A stretch of DNA of 64,000 bases from an uncultured Erysipelotrichaceae bacterium (GCA_902769185.1 CACXNV010000001.1:4021-68020), one strand, 5' to 3'; shown: positions 21,456 to 31,031, counted from the stretch's first letter. Numbers and translations are program-made. Notes: generated from the letters alone by a model not told the origin.

Positions 21456-21850
21456 TGGAATACTTATTAGATACGAATACTCTTTTAAGAGCGTTATTTA
21501 ATGATGAGAAAATATCAGATAAAACCAGAAGCATTATCGCCAATGAGAAAAATCAAATTTTTGTTTCTATTGTTTCCATCTGGGAAATTGAGCTCAAACA
21601 TAATAAACACCCAGATTTAATGCCATATAATGCAAAAGATATCATTAACGCTCTTGTGTATACTGACTATATCGTTTTACCAGTTAGATATGAATATTTA
21701 GTAGAGCTTAAACAAGTAATTGATTTAAATATTCATAAAGACCCATTTGATCATCTACTAATTGCAACTGCGTTAGAAGAATCTATGACATTAATTACAA
21801 GCGATGAAACAATTCTAAAATATCCAATAATCTCAACATTAAAATTATGA
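21455..21850 (+). CDS. vapC: PIN-domain toxin (VapC-like ribonuclease)
   Basis: LLDTN.LL at the N-terminus, IWEIELK, DPFDHLLIATA and LITSDE, which supply the conserved acidic PIN residues. 131 aa. Confidence 0.85.
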   Translation: MEYLLDTNTLLRALFNDEKISDKTRSIIANEKNQIFVSIVSIWEIELKHNKHPDLMPYNAKDIINALVYTDYIVLPVRYEYLVELKQVIDLNIHKDPFDHLLIATALEESMTLITSDETILKYPIISTLKL

Positions 21851-21852
21851 TT

Positions 21853-21889
21853 ATTAACTGCTTAAATTAATTTCTAGGCAGTTTTTTAT
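21853..21889 (+). repeat. Direct repeat copy 2 (a duplicated rpoC terminator that now terminates the TA cassette)
   Basis: attaactgcttaAattaatttctaggcagttttttat; see 21092-21128. Confidence 0.9.
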
Positions 21890-21932
21890 GTTTATGTTGT
21901 ATACTAAAATTAAATATAAGGGGTTTTAACAT

Positions 21933-22439
21933 ATGATTTGTAAATATTGTAATAAAGAAATACCGGACGGTAGTAAATATTGCCCATTTTGTGGTGCGTA
22001 TTTAGAAGAAGTTAGTGAAACATCTGTTAATCAAATTAAAGAAGGTAGTGGACCAGTAACAAGCTCTAGTAGTCCGGAAGCAATTACGGTTGAGAATTTT
22101 AGAAGTTTACCAACTTATAAACCAAGATTAATAAAAATGGTTGTTTTTGGTGCGATTGCCTTTGTTTTTACTCTTATTGCTATGCTTGGCTCATTAATGG
22201 TGAGAATCATTGGTGGTGGTAGCCTACAAGTTCCGGGAATCATTATGCTAGCTTTTGGCTTAGCCACTGGTGTCACTTTCCTTGTACTCGCTTTATCTTT
22301 AAATAAGAAAGTATTCCCACAGGTTAACGCAATCAAAATGAAAGGAATAGAAATACTTATTCCTATATTCATCGCCTTTAGCCTTTGTTTTGCGGTTGTA
22401 TCCTTAGTCCTACAAGGATTAGTGCTAGTCATCTATTAG
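21933..22439 (+). CDS. Zinc-ribbon domain membrane protein
   Basis: N-terminal CKYC...CPFCG double knuckle, followed by four hydrophobic helices. Confidence 0.55.
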   Translation: MICKYCNKEIPDGSKYCPFCGAYLEEVSETSVNQIKEGSGPVTSSSSPEAITVENFRSLPTYKPRLIKMVVFGAIAFVFTLIAMLGSLMVRIIGGGSLQVPGIIMLAFGLATGVTFLVLALSLNKKVFPQVNAIKMKGIEILIPIFIAFSLCFAVVSLVLQGLVLVIY

Positions 22440-22514
22440 CGTATAGCCTATATACCAGCGTTATTGCTGGTTTTTTTATTATGATAAAAGTTGTAAAAAG
22501 AGTAGAATGTAGTC

Positions 22515-24479
22515 ATGAATAAACTTAACAAAGCGTGGCTACTTTTAATTGCCCCTATTTCTATTTGTTTATTTGGATGTGTCTATTCTGCACCTTTAAA
22601 AAAAGAACTTAGAATATATTCTTATCCAAACAAAACTAAGTTCGAAATAGGTGAAGCTTTCTCTAGTGAAGGTTTAGTAGTTGTTGATAATAAAACATCT
22701 GAGCGAATTACTGACTATACATCATCGTTAAATGATGGATATGTTTTCACTCAAAGTGATAAATCAGAAGCTTTTAATGTCACCATTTCTAAAGAGTCTT
22801 ATGTAGATGTTAGCTACACTATTAAAGTGGTCGCTAAAATCGCTCCAGAATTAACAAAATTAACTGCGCCAAGTATCTCGATTAATAATAATGTTGTTTC
22901 TTGGAATAGCGTCTCTCACGCTAGTGGATATCAATATTCTATTGCTGGAGAAGAAAATAAGAGTGGCTCTTTAACTTCTACTAGTTTAGATGTCTCTACT
23001 TTAAGTTTAGTGGATGGAGATTACTCCATTAGTGTTATCGCTAAAGGAGATAATGTTTATTATTCAGATTCTGATAGTAGTAATGTAGTGAATTTCTCGA
23101 TTAGTAGTCCAATTGATCCACCTAGTAATATTGATATGTCTATTTATTATATAAATGATACGCATGGTTCATTTATTCGTGATGCGAGTAATTATGAAGC
23201 GGGAATAAGCTATATTTCTAAGTATATTAAAACTCATAGAGACAACTATTCTCTTACTCTTTCAGGTGGAGATATGTTTCAAGGTGGATACGAATCCAAT
23301 GAAACTAGAGGCAAGATCATGATTGAAGCGATGAATGAAATTGGCTTTGATGCGATGTCTCTTGGTAATCATGAATTTGATTGGGGAGAAAAAGAGATTG
23401 AAACTTTCGCGGAAACTTTGGATTGCGATATCATTTCTTGTAACACTTTTTATAGTTCAGATAACGTCACTAGACCTAGTTGGCTATCTCCATACACAAT
23501 CATTCAAAAAAGCGGAGTGAAGATTGGCGTTATCGGGGCGATTCAAGAGGGTATTGAGACTTCAATTACTGGTAGTATTTCTGAAAAATTCTATTTTCCA
23601 AGTTCAAATAGTTATATTAAAGAATATTCGACCTATTTGAGAAAAGATAAAGGGTGTGACGTCATTATCGCTAGTTTTCATGATAAAGGATTTGAAGGAA
23701 GTAGTGGTGATCCTAGTAAATTTTCTGATTTAACTCAAACTGATCCATCCACTAATTTGAAATATGTTGATGCGATGTTTTTTGCACATGACCACGTTTA
23801 TAAAAAAGGCACATATAATGGTGTCCCTTATTTAGAGGCAGGATTAAACGGTAAATATATTGGTATTATGAGTTTGTCTCTTTCTTATCAAAATAACCGC
23901 TATATTGTTAGTAGTGGCTCTCCAAGTGTGATTAATGCCTATAGCGAGGCAACTACTCCAGATACCGCAATTGAAGCAATCACTCAAAAAGAAGAATACA
24001 AAGATATGATTACCCATGCAGATGATACTATTTATAATTTTGCTAATTATTATTCTAAAGAAAACTTTACTTATGTTGTTTGCCAAGCAATGTATTGGTA
24101 CGTCAACTCCCATAAGAGTGAATTTGATAACGTCACTATCTATTTTGCTAGCCATAATACAGGCGGAATTAGAAGTACAGTTGATTCTGGGGTAATGACT
24201 AGAAGAAAATTAATAAAAGTATTCCCATTTGATAATCTACTCTCAATTCAAGTATGTAATTCCACGAATATTTCAAATATGGAAGATTCTTCCTATTATC
24301 GTACTTATAAAGAAGGCGATCCTGTGTATGTTAGTGGATTAACTCACGCGGTTAGTATTTCCTATATTACTGAATATAAATACGCTCATTATTATCAACA
24401 AAGTTATAAGAATTATGACATTACCGCTAGAGCGGCATTAGTGGCTTATTTAATTAGTGGTGTGAACCCTAATTTATAG
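22515..24479 (+). CDS. Lipoprotein 5'-nucleotidase / metallophosphoesterase (UshA family) with N-terminal Ig/Fn3-like modules
   Basis: Lipobox LFGC. Metallophosphatase motifs INDTHGS, GGDMFQG, GNHEFDWG and FHD, plus a C-terminal nucleotidase-type domain. Confidence 0.8.
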   Translation: MNKLNKAWLLLIAPISICLFGCVYSAPLKKELRIYSYPNKTKFEIGEAFSSEGLVVVDNKTSERITDYTSSLNDGYVFTQSDKSEAFNVTISKESYVDVSYTIKVVAKIAPELTKLTAPSISINNNVVSWNSVSHASGYQYSIAGEENKSGSLTSTSLDVSTLSLVDGDYSISVIAKGDNVYYSDSDSSNVVNFSISSPIDPPSNIDMSIYYINDTHGSFIRDASNYEAGISYISKYIKTHRDNYSLTLSGGDMFQGGYESNETRGKIMIEAMNEIGFDAMSLGNHEFDWGEKEIETFAETLDCDIISCNTFYSSDNVTRPSWLSPYTIIQKSGVKIGVIGAIQEGIETSITGSISEKFYFPSSNSYIKEYSTYLRKDKGCDVIIASFHDKGFEGSSGDPSKFSDLTQTDPSTNLKYVDAMFFAHDHVYKKGTYNGVPYLEAGLNGKYIGIMSLSLSYQNNRYIVSSGSPSVINAYSEATTPDTAIEAITQKEEYKDMITHADDTIYNFANYYSKENFTYVVCQAMYWYVNSHKSEFDNVTIYFASHNTGGIRSTVDSGVMTRRKLIKVFPFDNLLSIQVCNSTNISNMEDSSYYRTYKEGDPVYVSGLTHAVSISYITEYKYAHYYQQSYKNYDITARAALVAYLISGVNPNL

Positions 24480-24519
24480 TTTTGACTAGAAATTATTTTT
24501 ATTTTTAAGTTTTGATGTA

Positions 24520-24598
24520 TGCCAAAATGGCAAATTTACATAAATTATAATATGCCAAAATGGTAACTTTAATGTTGACAAGATATGCCAAAATGGTA
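24520..24598 (+). promoter_or_regulatory. Three phased palindromic operator boxes overlapping the MNT/HEPN promoter
   Basis: TGCCAAAATGGCA at 24520, and TGCCAAAATGGTA at 24553 and 24586, with exactly 33-bp spacing. TTGACA at 24575-24580 lies between boxes 2 and 3. Confidence 0.55.
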
Positions 24599-24610
24599 AA
24601 TTATAAGTGT

Positions 24611-25078
24611 ATGAATTTAGTAGAGATTAGAAAACGTAATGGATTAACACAAAAAGAAGCGGCGACTATGCTCGGCATTCCATATCGTACTTATATCCGC
24701 TATGAAGAAAATGAGACGTATGCGGACTCATATAAGTATAAGATGATAACTGAAAAACTTTATGATTTATTAAAAATCGATGAAGAACACGGCATATTAT
24801 CATTAGATAAAATAAAAGAATTATTGCTTCCAATTTTAAAATCAAAAAATATTGCAAAATGTTATCTATTTGGCAGTTATGCACGTAATGAGGCAAGAGA
24901 AAATAGTGATGTCGATTTACTTATAGATACAAATATTACAGGATTAGATTTTTTTAACCTAGCAGAGGAAATGAGAGTTGTATTAAAGAAAAAAATCGAC
25001 TTAGTTAGGCTAAAAGATCTACGCGCTGATAACCCGATTATCTTAGAAATATTGAAGGAAGGTATTAGATTAATATGA
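24611..25078 (+). CDS. XRE-type HTH fused to a minimal nucleotidyltransferase (MNT antitoxin of a HEPN/MNT pair)
   Basis: IRKRNGLTQKEAATMLGIPYRTYIRYE (HTH_3), then YLFGSYARNEARENSDVDLLID (GSxx...DxD NTase motif). The track start at 24560 lies inside operator box 2, so I prefer the ATG at 24611. Confidence 0.8.
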   Translation: MNLVEIRKRNGLTQKEAATMLGIPYRTYIRYEENETYADSYKYKMITEKLYDLLKIDEEHGILSLDKIKELLLPILKSKNIAKCYLFGSYARNEARENSDVDLLIDTNITGLDFFNLAEEMRVVLKKKIDLVRLKDLRADNPIILEILKEGIRLI

Positions 25079-25419
25079 TTGAACAAACAGATTATAGAAT
25101 TATCTCAATGATGATTGAAAAAGCGAATAGAATAATAGAAATCTATTCAAAAAATGGAAGAGATAGAATTCAAAATGAATATATTCTTAGCGATGCATTG
25201 CAATTCGAATTTGAAAAAATGTATGAAGATAGCACTAGGCTTTCTGTTGAATTTAGATTAAATCACCCTTGGTTACACATCGATAAGCTAAGAGGAATAC
25301 GAAATCGAGTTGCCCATAATTATGAAAGTGTAAGTTTAAGCATTTTGCTTGATACAGCAGAAAATGATATTCCTATACTAAAGCAGTTGCTTGAAAAAGC
25401 GCTAAATGAAAAAGAATAA
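25075..25419 (+). CDS. HEPN-domain (DUF86) toxin
   Basis: R-x4-H motif in RGIRNRVAHNYESV, 114 aa, and an ATGA start/stop overlap with the MNT gene. Confidence 0.8.
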   Translation: MIEQTDYRIISMMIEKANRIIEIYSKNGRDRIQNEYILSDALQFEFEKMYEDSTRLSVEFRLNHPWLHIDKLRGIRNRVAHNYESVSLSILLDTAENDIPILKQLLEKALNEKE

Positions 25420-25613
25420 TTTGAGAAAATGTTGCCTGAAATAAGGTGGCATTTTCATTTTTACAAATTTATTGTAGCTTGAAACACTTAATTCCGTTTC
25501 TTGCTGGAAAACAAGCTTGTAAATAGAATTTAGTCTTTCAAAATATTTTTTTAATTCAGAAAACGGAATTTAGTTCTTCAAGTTATATAAATAAAAATTT
25601 TTTCATTTTTTTG

Positions 25614-25641
25614 TTGCGCGATTTTTTTACCTATATATAAT
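25614..25641 (+). promoter_or_regulatory. Putative promoter of the rpsL-rpsG-fusA-tuf operon
   Basis: TTGCGC, 16 nt spacer, TATAAT, followed by a roughly 125-nt leader containing hairpins (cgtgt/acacg, gacc/ggtc). Confidence 0.4.
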
Positions 25642-25769
25642 ATATGAGCGTGTGAAATTGGAACACGTTGACCGTTGAGGTCGCTTTTTTAAGGAAAGAA
25701 GCCGACACACCCGGTAACGTGGACAAATTCACAAGTCAAAAACTAATAAGTAATTGAAAGGAGCAATAT

Positions 25770-26189
25770 ATGCCAACAATTAATCAATTAGTCCGTGAAG
25801 GTCGTAGAACCGCCACTGTAAAATCAAAAGCTCCTGCTCTTGGTAAAAGATGGAACTCTTTAAAGAAAAAAGAAACCAACCAAGCAGCTAGCCAAAAAAG
25901 AGGTGTTTGTACCCGTGTTGGTACCATGACCCCTAAAAAACCAAACTCTGCTTTAAGAAAATACGCTCGTGTTAGATTAAGCAATGGTTATGAAGTTACA
26001 GCCTATATTGGTGGTGAAGGACATAACTTACAAGAACACTCAACCGTCATGATTAGAGGCGGCCGTGTTAAGGACTTACCAGGTGTTCGTTATCACATTA
26101 TTAGAGGAACACTTGACTGCGCCGGAATTGAAGCACGTCGACAAGGACGTAGCTTATATGGTTCTAAGAAACCAAAAGCGGCGAAATAA
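25770..26189 (+). CDS. rpsL: 30S ribosomal protein S12
   Basis: MPTINQLVR...[11 protein letters not shown]...[23 protein letters not shown]. Confidence 0.97.
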   Translation: MPTINQLVREGRRTATVKSKAPALGKRWNSLKKKETNQAASQKRGVCTRVGTMTPKKPNSALRKYARVRLSNGYEVTAYIGGEGHNLQEHSTVMIRGGRVKDLPGVRYHIIRGTLDCAGIEARRQGRSLYGSKKPKAAK

Positions 26190-26208
26190 TTAGAAGGAGG
26201 AAAGAAAG

Positions 26209-26679
26209 ATGCCACGTAAAGGAAGCGTAAGTAAACGTGATGTGTTACCAGATCCAATTTACAATTCAAAACTCGTAACACGTTTAATTAACAAAATCAT
26301 GATTGATGGCAAAAAAGGAACAGCACAAACTATTCTTTATTCCGCCTTCAACAAAATTGAAGCAAAGACCGGTAAACCAGCAATGGACGTCTTCGCTACC
26401 GCAATCAACAACATCATGCCTGAAGTTGAATTAAAGGTCAGAAGAATTGGTGCGGCTAACTACCAAGTACCTACTGAAGTTTCTCCAGAAAGAAAAGTTA
26501 CATTAGGTTTAAGATGGTTAGTTAACTATTCTAGACTTAGAAACGAAAAGAGCATGGAAGAAAGATTAGCGGGCGAAATCATCGACGCTGCTAACGGCAC
26601 TGGTGCTTCAGTGAAAAAGAGAGAAGATACCCACAAGATGGCAGAAGCTAATAAGGCTTATGCACATTACCGTTGGTAA
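26209..26679 (+). CDS. rpsG: 30S ribosomal protein S7
   Basis: MPRKG....R.VLPDP.YNS.LV..LIN and AHYRW at the C-terminus. Confidence 0.97.
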   Translation: MPRKGSVSKRDVLPDPIYNSKLVTRLINKIMIDGKKGTAQTILYSAFNKIEAKTGKPAMDVFATAINNIMPEVELKVRRIGAANYQVPTEVSPERKVTLGLRWLVNYSRLRNEKSMEERLAGEIIDAANGTGASVKKREDTHKMAEANKAYAHYRW

Positions 26680-26697
26680 TCTTAGGAGAGAAAATCT

Positions 26698-28773
26698 ATG
26701 GCACGTGAATTTGATTTAGCTCATACACGTAATATCGGTATCATGGCTCACATCGATGCCGGTAAAACCACAACCACAGAACGTATTCTCTTCTTTACCG
26801 GAAAGATCCATAAGATTGGCGAAGTGCACGAAGGTGCGGCCACTATGGACTGGATGGAACAAGAACAAGAAAGAGGTATTACCATTACCTCCGCAGCGAC
26901 AACTGCATTCTGGAAAGGCAATAGAATTAATATTATCGACACTCCAGGGCACGTCGACTTCACCGTTGAAGTTGAAAGATCATTAAGAGTTCTTGATGGT
27001 GCTGTCACTGTTCTTGATGGTAAAAATGGTGTTGAACCACAAACTGAAACAGTTTGGAGACAAGGTTCAAAATATGGTGTTCCTAGAATTGTCTTTGTTA
27101 ACAAACTAGACGCTATTGGTGCGGACTTCGAAATGTGTGTTCGTTCCTTAAAGGAAAGACTTGGCGCAAATGCAAAAGCTGTCCAACTTCCAATCGGTAT
27201 TGAATCAACCTTAAGAGGTGCAGTTGATATCATTGAAAGAAAAGCTTATGTTTATGAAGCTGGCGCTCAAGAGCCAAAAGAAGTACCTGTACCAGAAGAT
27301 ATGGTTGATTCAATGGAATCTCATAGAGCGGAATTATTAGAAGCTCTTGCTGCCTTCGATGATGAATTCATGATGAAAGTCTTAGAAGGTGAAGAACCAA
27401 CAGTTGATGAAATCAAATCTGTAATCAGAAAAGCAGTCTTAACTGGTGAGTTCCACCCAGTATTCTGCGGTAGTGCTTATAAGAACAAGAACATTCAACT
27501 TTTATTAGATGGTGTTATTGATTATCTTCCAAGTCCACTTGACATCCCTGCTGCAAGAGGCACTGATGAAGATGGAAATGAAGTTACTTGTAAGCCAGAT
27601 GATAACGCTCCTCTTGGTGCGTTAGCCTTCAAAATCGCTACTGACCCATTCATTGGTAGATTAGCCTATGTTCGTGTCTATAGCGGTACACTTAAATCTG
27701 GAAGCTATGTCTTAAACTCCACCAAAGGAGTGAAAGAAAGAATTGCTCGTGTTGTCTTAATGCACTCTAACCACAGACAAGAAGTTGATGAACTTCATGC
27801 TGGTGATATCGGTGCGGTTGTCGGACTTAAGAATACCACCACAGGTGATACCTTATGTGACGAAAAGAACCCAGTCATTCTTGAAAAGATGGAATTCCCA
27901 GATCCAGTTATTGAAGAAGCAGTGGAACCAAAAACCAAAGCTGACCAAGAAAAAATGTCTATCGCGCTTCAAAAACTCGCTGAAGAAGATCCAACCTTCA
28001 GAGTGAGAACTAATGCGGAGACTGGTCAAACCATTATCGCTGGTGTTGGTGAATTACACTTAGACATCATCGTTGATCGTATGAGAAGAGAATTCAATGT
28101 TGCGGTTAATGTTGGTGCTCCACAAGTTGAATACCGTGAAACCATTAAAGGTACTGCGGATTGTGAAGGTAAATACATCAAACAATCTGGTGGTCGTGGA
28201 CAATACGGTCACGTTTGGATCAAATTTGAACCAAACCCAGGAAAAGGCTTCGAATTCGTCGATGCGATTGTTGGTGGTAGTGTTCCAAGAGAATATATCA
28301 AACCAACTCAAGACGGCTTAGTTGATGCCTTAGGCAGAGGTATGGTTGCTGGATTCCAAGTCATGGATATTAAAGCCACCTTATTCGATGGTAGTTACCA
28401 TGATGTTGACTCTTCCGAAGCTGCTTATAAGATCGCTGCTAGTATGGCTCTTAAAGAAGCTGCTAAGAAGTGTAACCCAGTGATCTTAGAACCAATCATG
28501 AAGATTGAAGTTACTGTTCCAGAACAATATTATGGTGATGTTCTTGGCGATATCGCCCGTAGACGTGGACTCGTCACTGGCGAATCTCAAAGAAGTAATG
28601 CTAAAATTATTGAAGCGGAAGTACCACTCTCAGAAATGTTTGGTTACGTTACCGACTTACGTAGTATGACCCAAGGACGTGGCAACTACGCAATGCAATT
28701 CGATCATTATGGTGAATGCCCAAGATACGTCCAAGACGAAATTATTAAGAAAAGCGGCGTTAGCGCTCGCTAA
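26698..28773 (+). CDS. fusA: Elongation factor G
   Basis: [33 protein letters not shown]; 691 aa. Confidence 0.98.
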   Translation: MAREFDLAHTRNIGIMAHIDAGKTTTTERILFFTGKIHKIGEVHEGAATMDWMEQEQERGITITSAATTAFWKGNRINIIDTPGHVDFTVEVERSLRVLDGAVTVLDGKNGVEPQTETVWRQGSKYGVPRIVFVNKLDAIGADFEMCVRSLKERLGANAKAVQLPIGIESTLRGAVDIIERKAYVYEAGAQEPKEVPVPEDMVDSMESHRAELLEALAAFDDEFMMKVLEGEEPTVDEIKSVIRKAVLTGEFHPVFCGSAYKNKNIQLLLDGVIDYLPSPLDIPAARGTDEDGNEVTCKPDDNAPLGALAFKIATDPFIGRLAYVRVYSGTLKSGSYVLNSTKGVKERIARVVLMHSNHRQEVDELHAGDIGAVVGLKNTTTGDTLCDEKNPVILEKMEFPDPVIEEAVEPKTKADQEKMSIALQKLAEEDPTFRVRTNAETGQTIIAGVGELHLDIIVDRMRREFNVAVNVGAPQVEYRETIKGTADCEGKYIKQSGGRGQYGHVWIKFEPNPGKGFEFVDAIVGGSVPREYIKPTQDGLVDALGRGMVAGFQVMDIKATLFDGSYHDVDSSEAAYKIAASMALKEAAKKCNPVILEPIMKIEVTVPEQYYGDVLGDIARRRGLVTGESQRSNAKIIEAEVPLSEMFGYVTDLRSMTQGRGNYAMQFDHYGECPRYVQDEIIKKSGVSAR

Positions 28774-28879
28774 TCTTAATGTAAGATAATTATTACCAAT
28801 AGATTGGTATTGATTATAAAGTAAACTTGCTATATATTAAAAATGTTGAATTCATTTATTGAAAGGAGAAATTCATACA

Positions 28880-30064
28880 ATGGCAAAGGAAAAATTTGAC
28901 AGATCTAAAGAGCACGTTAACATTGGTACCATTGGTCACGTTGACCACGGTAAGACCACATTAACCGCCGCTATTACAACTGTCTTAGCAAAAAAAGGCT
29001 TATCTGAAAAGAAAGCATACGATCAAATCGATGCTGCTCCAGAAGAAAAAGCTCGTGGTATTACAATTAATACTGCCCACATTGAGTATCAAACAGAAAA
29101 AAGACACTATGCACACGTCGACTGTCCAGGTCACGCTGACTATGTCAAAAACATGATTACTGGTGCTGCTCAAATGGATGGTGCAATCTTAGTTGTTGCC
29201 GGTACTGATGGCGTTATGCCACAAACTCGTGAACACATCTTACTTGCTCGTCAAGTCGGTGTTCCTTACATCGTCGTCTTCATTAACAAGACTGACTTAG
29301 TCGATGACCCAGAATTATTAGACTTAGTTGAAATGGATGTCCGTGACTTATTAAATAGCTATGGCTTCCCAGGAGATGAAGTCCCAGTGATTCGTGGTTC
29401 CGCTAGAGCCGCTCTTGATGGAGATCCAAAAGCTGAAGCTGCAATTATGGAATTAATGGATGCATGTGATACCTATATCCCAGCTCCAACCAGAGATACC
29501 GATAAACCATTCTTACTCGCTATCGAAGACGTTATGACTATTTCTGGACGTGGTACAGTTGTTACTGGCCGTGTTGAAAGAGGTACTGCTAAACTCGGTG
29601 ACGAAGTGGAAATTGTTGGTATTAGAGAAACTCAAAAATCAGTTATTACTGGTCTTGAATCCTTCAGAAAAACTTGTGACTTTGTCCAAGCTGGTGATAA
29701 CGTTGGTGTCCTTTTAAGAGGTATCAACCGTGATCAAGTCCAACGTGGTCAAGTTCTTGCAAAACCAGGAACCGTTACTCCACACACCAAATTCAAAGCT
29801 TCTGTTTACGTTTTAACCAAAGAAGAAGGTGGCCGTCATACAGCTTTCTTAAGCAACTATCGTCCACAATTCTACTTCCGTACAACTGATGTTACTGGTG
29901 TTATCACTCTTCCAGCTGGAACCGACATGGTTATGCCAGGCGATAACGTTGAATTAACCGTTGAATTAATTCACCCAATCGCTCTTGAAAAAGGTACCAA
30001 ATTCTCCATCCGTGAAGGTGGTAGAACCGTTGGTGCTGGTACAGTTAACGAAATCGTTAAATAA
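28880..30064 (+). CDS. tuf: Elongation factor Tu
   Basis: [40 protein letters not shown]. The ATG at 28880 follows AAGGAG; the track start at 28859 is an upstream extension. Confidence 0.98.
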   Translation: MAKEKFDRSKEHVNIGTIGHVDHGKTTLTAAITTVLAKKGLSEKKAYDQIDAAPEEKARGITINTAHIEYQTEKRHYAHVDCPGHADYVKNMITGAAQMDGAILVVAGTDGVMPQTREHILLARQVGVPYIVVFINKTDLVDDPELLDLVEMDVRDLLNSYGFPGDEVPVIRGSARAALDGDPKAEAAIMELMDACDTYIPAPTRDTDKPFLLAIEDVMTISGRGTVVTGRVERGTAKLGDEVEIVGIRETQKSVITGLESFRKTCDFVQAGDNVGVLLRGINRDQVQRGQVLAKPGTVTPHTKFKASVYVLTKEEGGRHTAFLSNYRPQFYFRTTDVTGVITLPAGTDMVMPGDNVELTVELIHPIALEKGTKFSIREGGRTVGAGTVNEIVK

Positions 30065-30083
30065 TTTAGTTAACGTATTAATC

Positions 30084-30112
30084 AATTAGGAGATTCTTCG
30101 GAGTCTCCTTTT
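30084..30112 (+). repeat. Direct repeat copy 1 (29 nt, includes the tuf terminator)
   Basis: aattaggagattcttcggagtctcctttt is identical to 30642-30670. Confidence 0.92.
30088..30112 (+). terminator. tuf terminator (UUCG tetraloop hairpin)
   Basis: aggagattc-TTCG-gagtctcct, 9 bp with one G.U, followed by ttt. Confidence 0.8.
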
Positions 30113-30143
30113 ATTTATCTAAAATAAAATATATAATAAAAAC

Positions 30144-30632
30144 ATGAATGTTGAAGAAGCAAAAGAAAAAGTCAAAAAACGTGAAGATGAGACTACTAAC
30201 GCTGCCATTGAAGTAATGATTGATTCATTTAATGAACAGGATGAACCGATGGTTGGCCCTTTTTGGTATGATCCTGATAAAAAAGAAATATACGGACAAG
30301 TAGTTGCATTAGCAAAAGATAGACCATTTTATTATTCGCATTCTTGGAATAAAGAAGTAAGAACTGGTTCTGCTCTTCATAAATCAATTTGGGAAAGAGA
30401 ATATTTTAGGCACAAAGATCATAGATTTTCTGGAGATTATACTCAAAAACCAAGAGGTAGAGTGTTTGAATTTAAAGATGAAGGATTTAAAGTGTTTGTT
30501 GGCGAGTGGATAAATAAATATCCAGAGGCAAAAGATGAAATATTATTTGAATTTCAGCTTCCTAAAGATAACACAGAATTTGTAATTGATGAACACTGGG
30601 ATATTGGACACGGTTGGAGTCAAGAATTCTAA
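30144..30632 (+). CDS. Hypothetical 162-aa protein; I recognised no family
   Basis: Long ORF with host-like codon usage and a Trp/His-rich sequence (GPFWYD, HSWNKE, HWDIGHGW). It is bracketed by duplicated tuf terminators. Confidence 0.55.
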   Translation: MNVEEAKEKVKKREDETTNAAIEVMIDSFNEQDEPMVGPFWYDPDKKEIYGQVVALAKDRPFYYSHSWNKEVRTGSALHKSIWEREYFRHKDHRFSGDYTQKPRGRVFEFKDEGFKVFVGEWINKYPEAKDEILFEFQLPKDNTEFVIDEHWDIGHGWSQEF

Positions 30633-30641
30633 AATATGATA

Positions 30642-30670
30642 AATTAGGAGATTCTTCGGAGTCTCCTTTT
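30642..30670 (+). repeat. Direct repeat copy 2 (duplicated tuf terminator)
   Basis: A perfect 29-nt copy of 30084-30112. Confidence 0.92.
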
Positions 30671-30725
30671 TTGTTGAGATGATTATGTTTTATTTATAAA
30701 ATGATTTTAGAAAGGAGACATAACT

Positions 30726-31031
30726 ATGAATCAATATGAAAATTGTACATTCATGATTGATTATCAACTTAAAAAAGAAGTATATCCAATTCTAAAAGAA
30801 CTTAATATCTCACCTATGATGTTGATTAATTCTTTATTTTTGGAGATAATCAAAACAAGAAAAGTACCTTTTGAATCTAGATTTGAAACAAAACCACCTA
30901 TTGACTCAAGCAAATTAAGTGATAAAGAAATTATGGAACTTATTCAAGATGGTATTGATGATGTTAAAAACGGCAGAATGTATACTATTGAAGAGTTGAA
31001 AAAAATCATTGAGGACAATTTAGGGCTCTAA
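30726..31031 (+). CDS. RelB/DinJ-family antitoxin-like protein (no adjacent toxin)
   Basis: N-terminus F.ID..LK.E...IL.ELNISPMMLINSLFLEIIKTRKVPFE matches the DinJ ribbon-helix-helix pattern. The AAGGAG RBS is good, and TTGAGA-17-TAAAAT lies upstream. Confidence 0.55.
   Translation: MNQYENCTFMIDYQLKKEVYPILKELNISPMMLINSLFLEIIKTRKVPFESRFETKPPIDSSKLSDKEIMELIQDGIDDVKNGRMYTIEELKKIIEDNLGL

Noticed and set aside
26748-27233. 161-aa minus-strand ORF, plus other short ORFs inside fusA (26716-26952, 26756-26986, 28060-28311 and others).
   Set aside because: They lie entirely within the highly conserved EF-G coding frame, with no RBS and no recognisable motifs.
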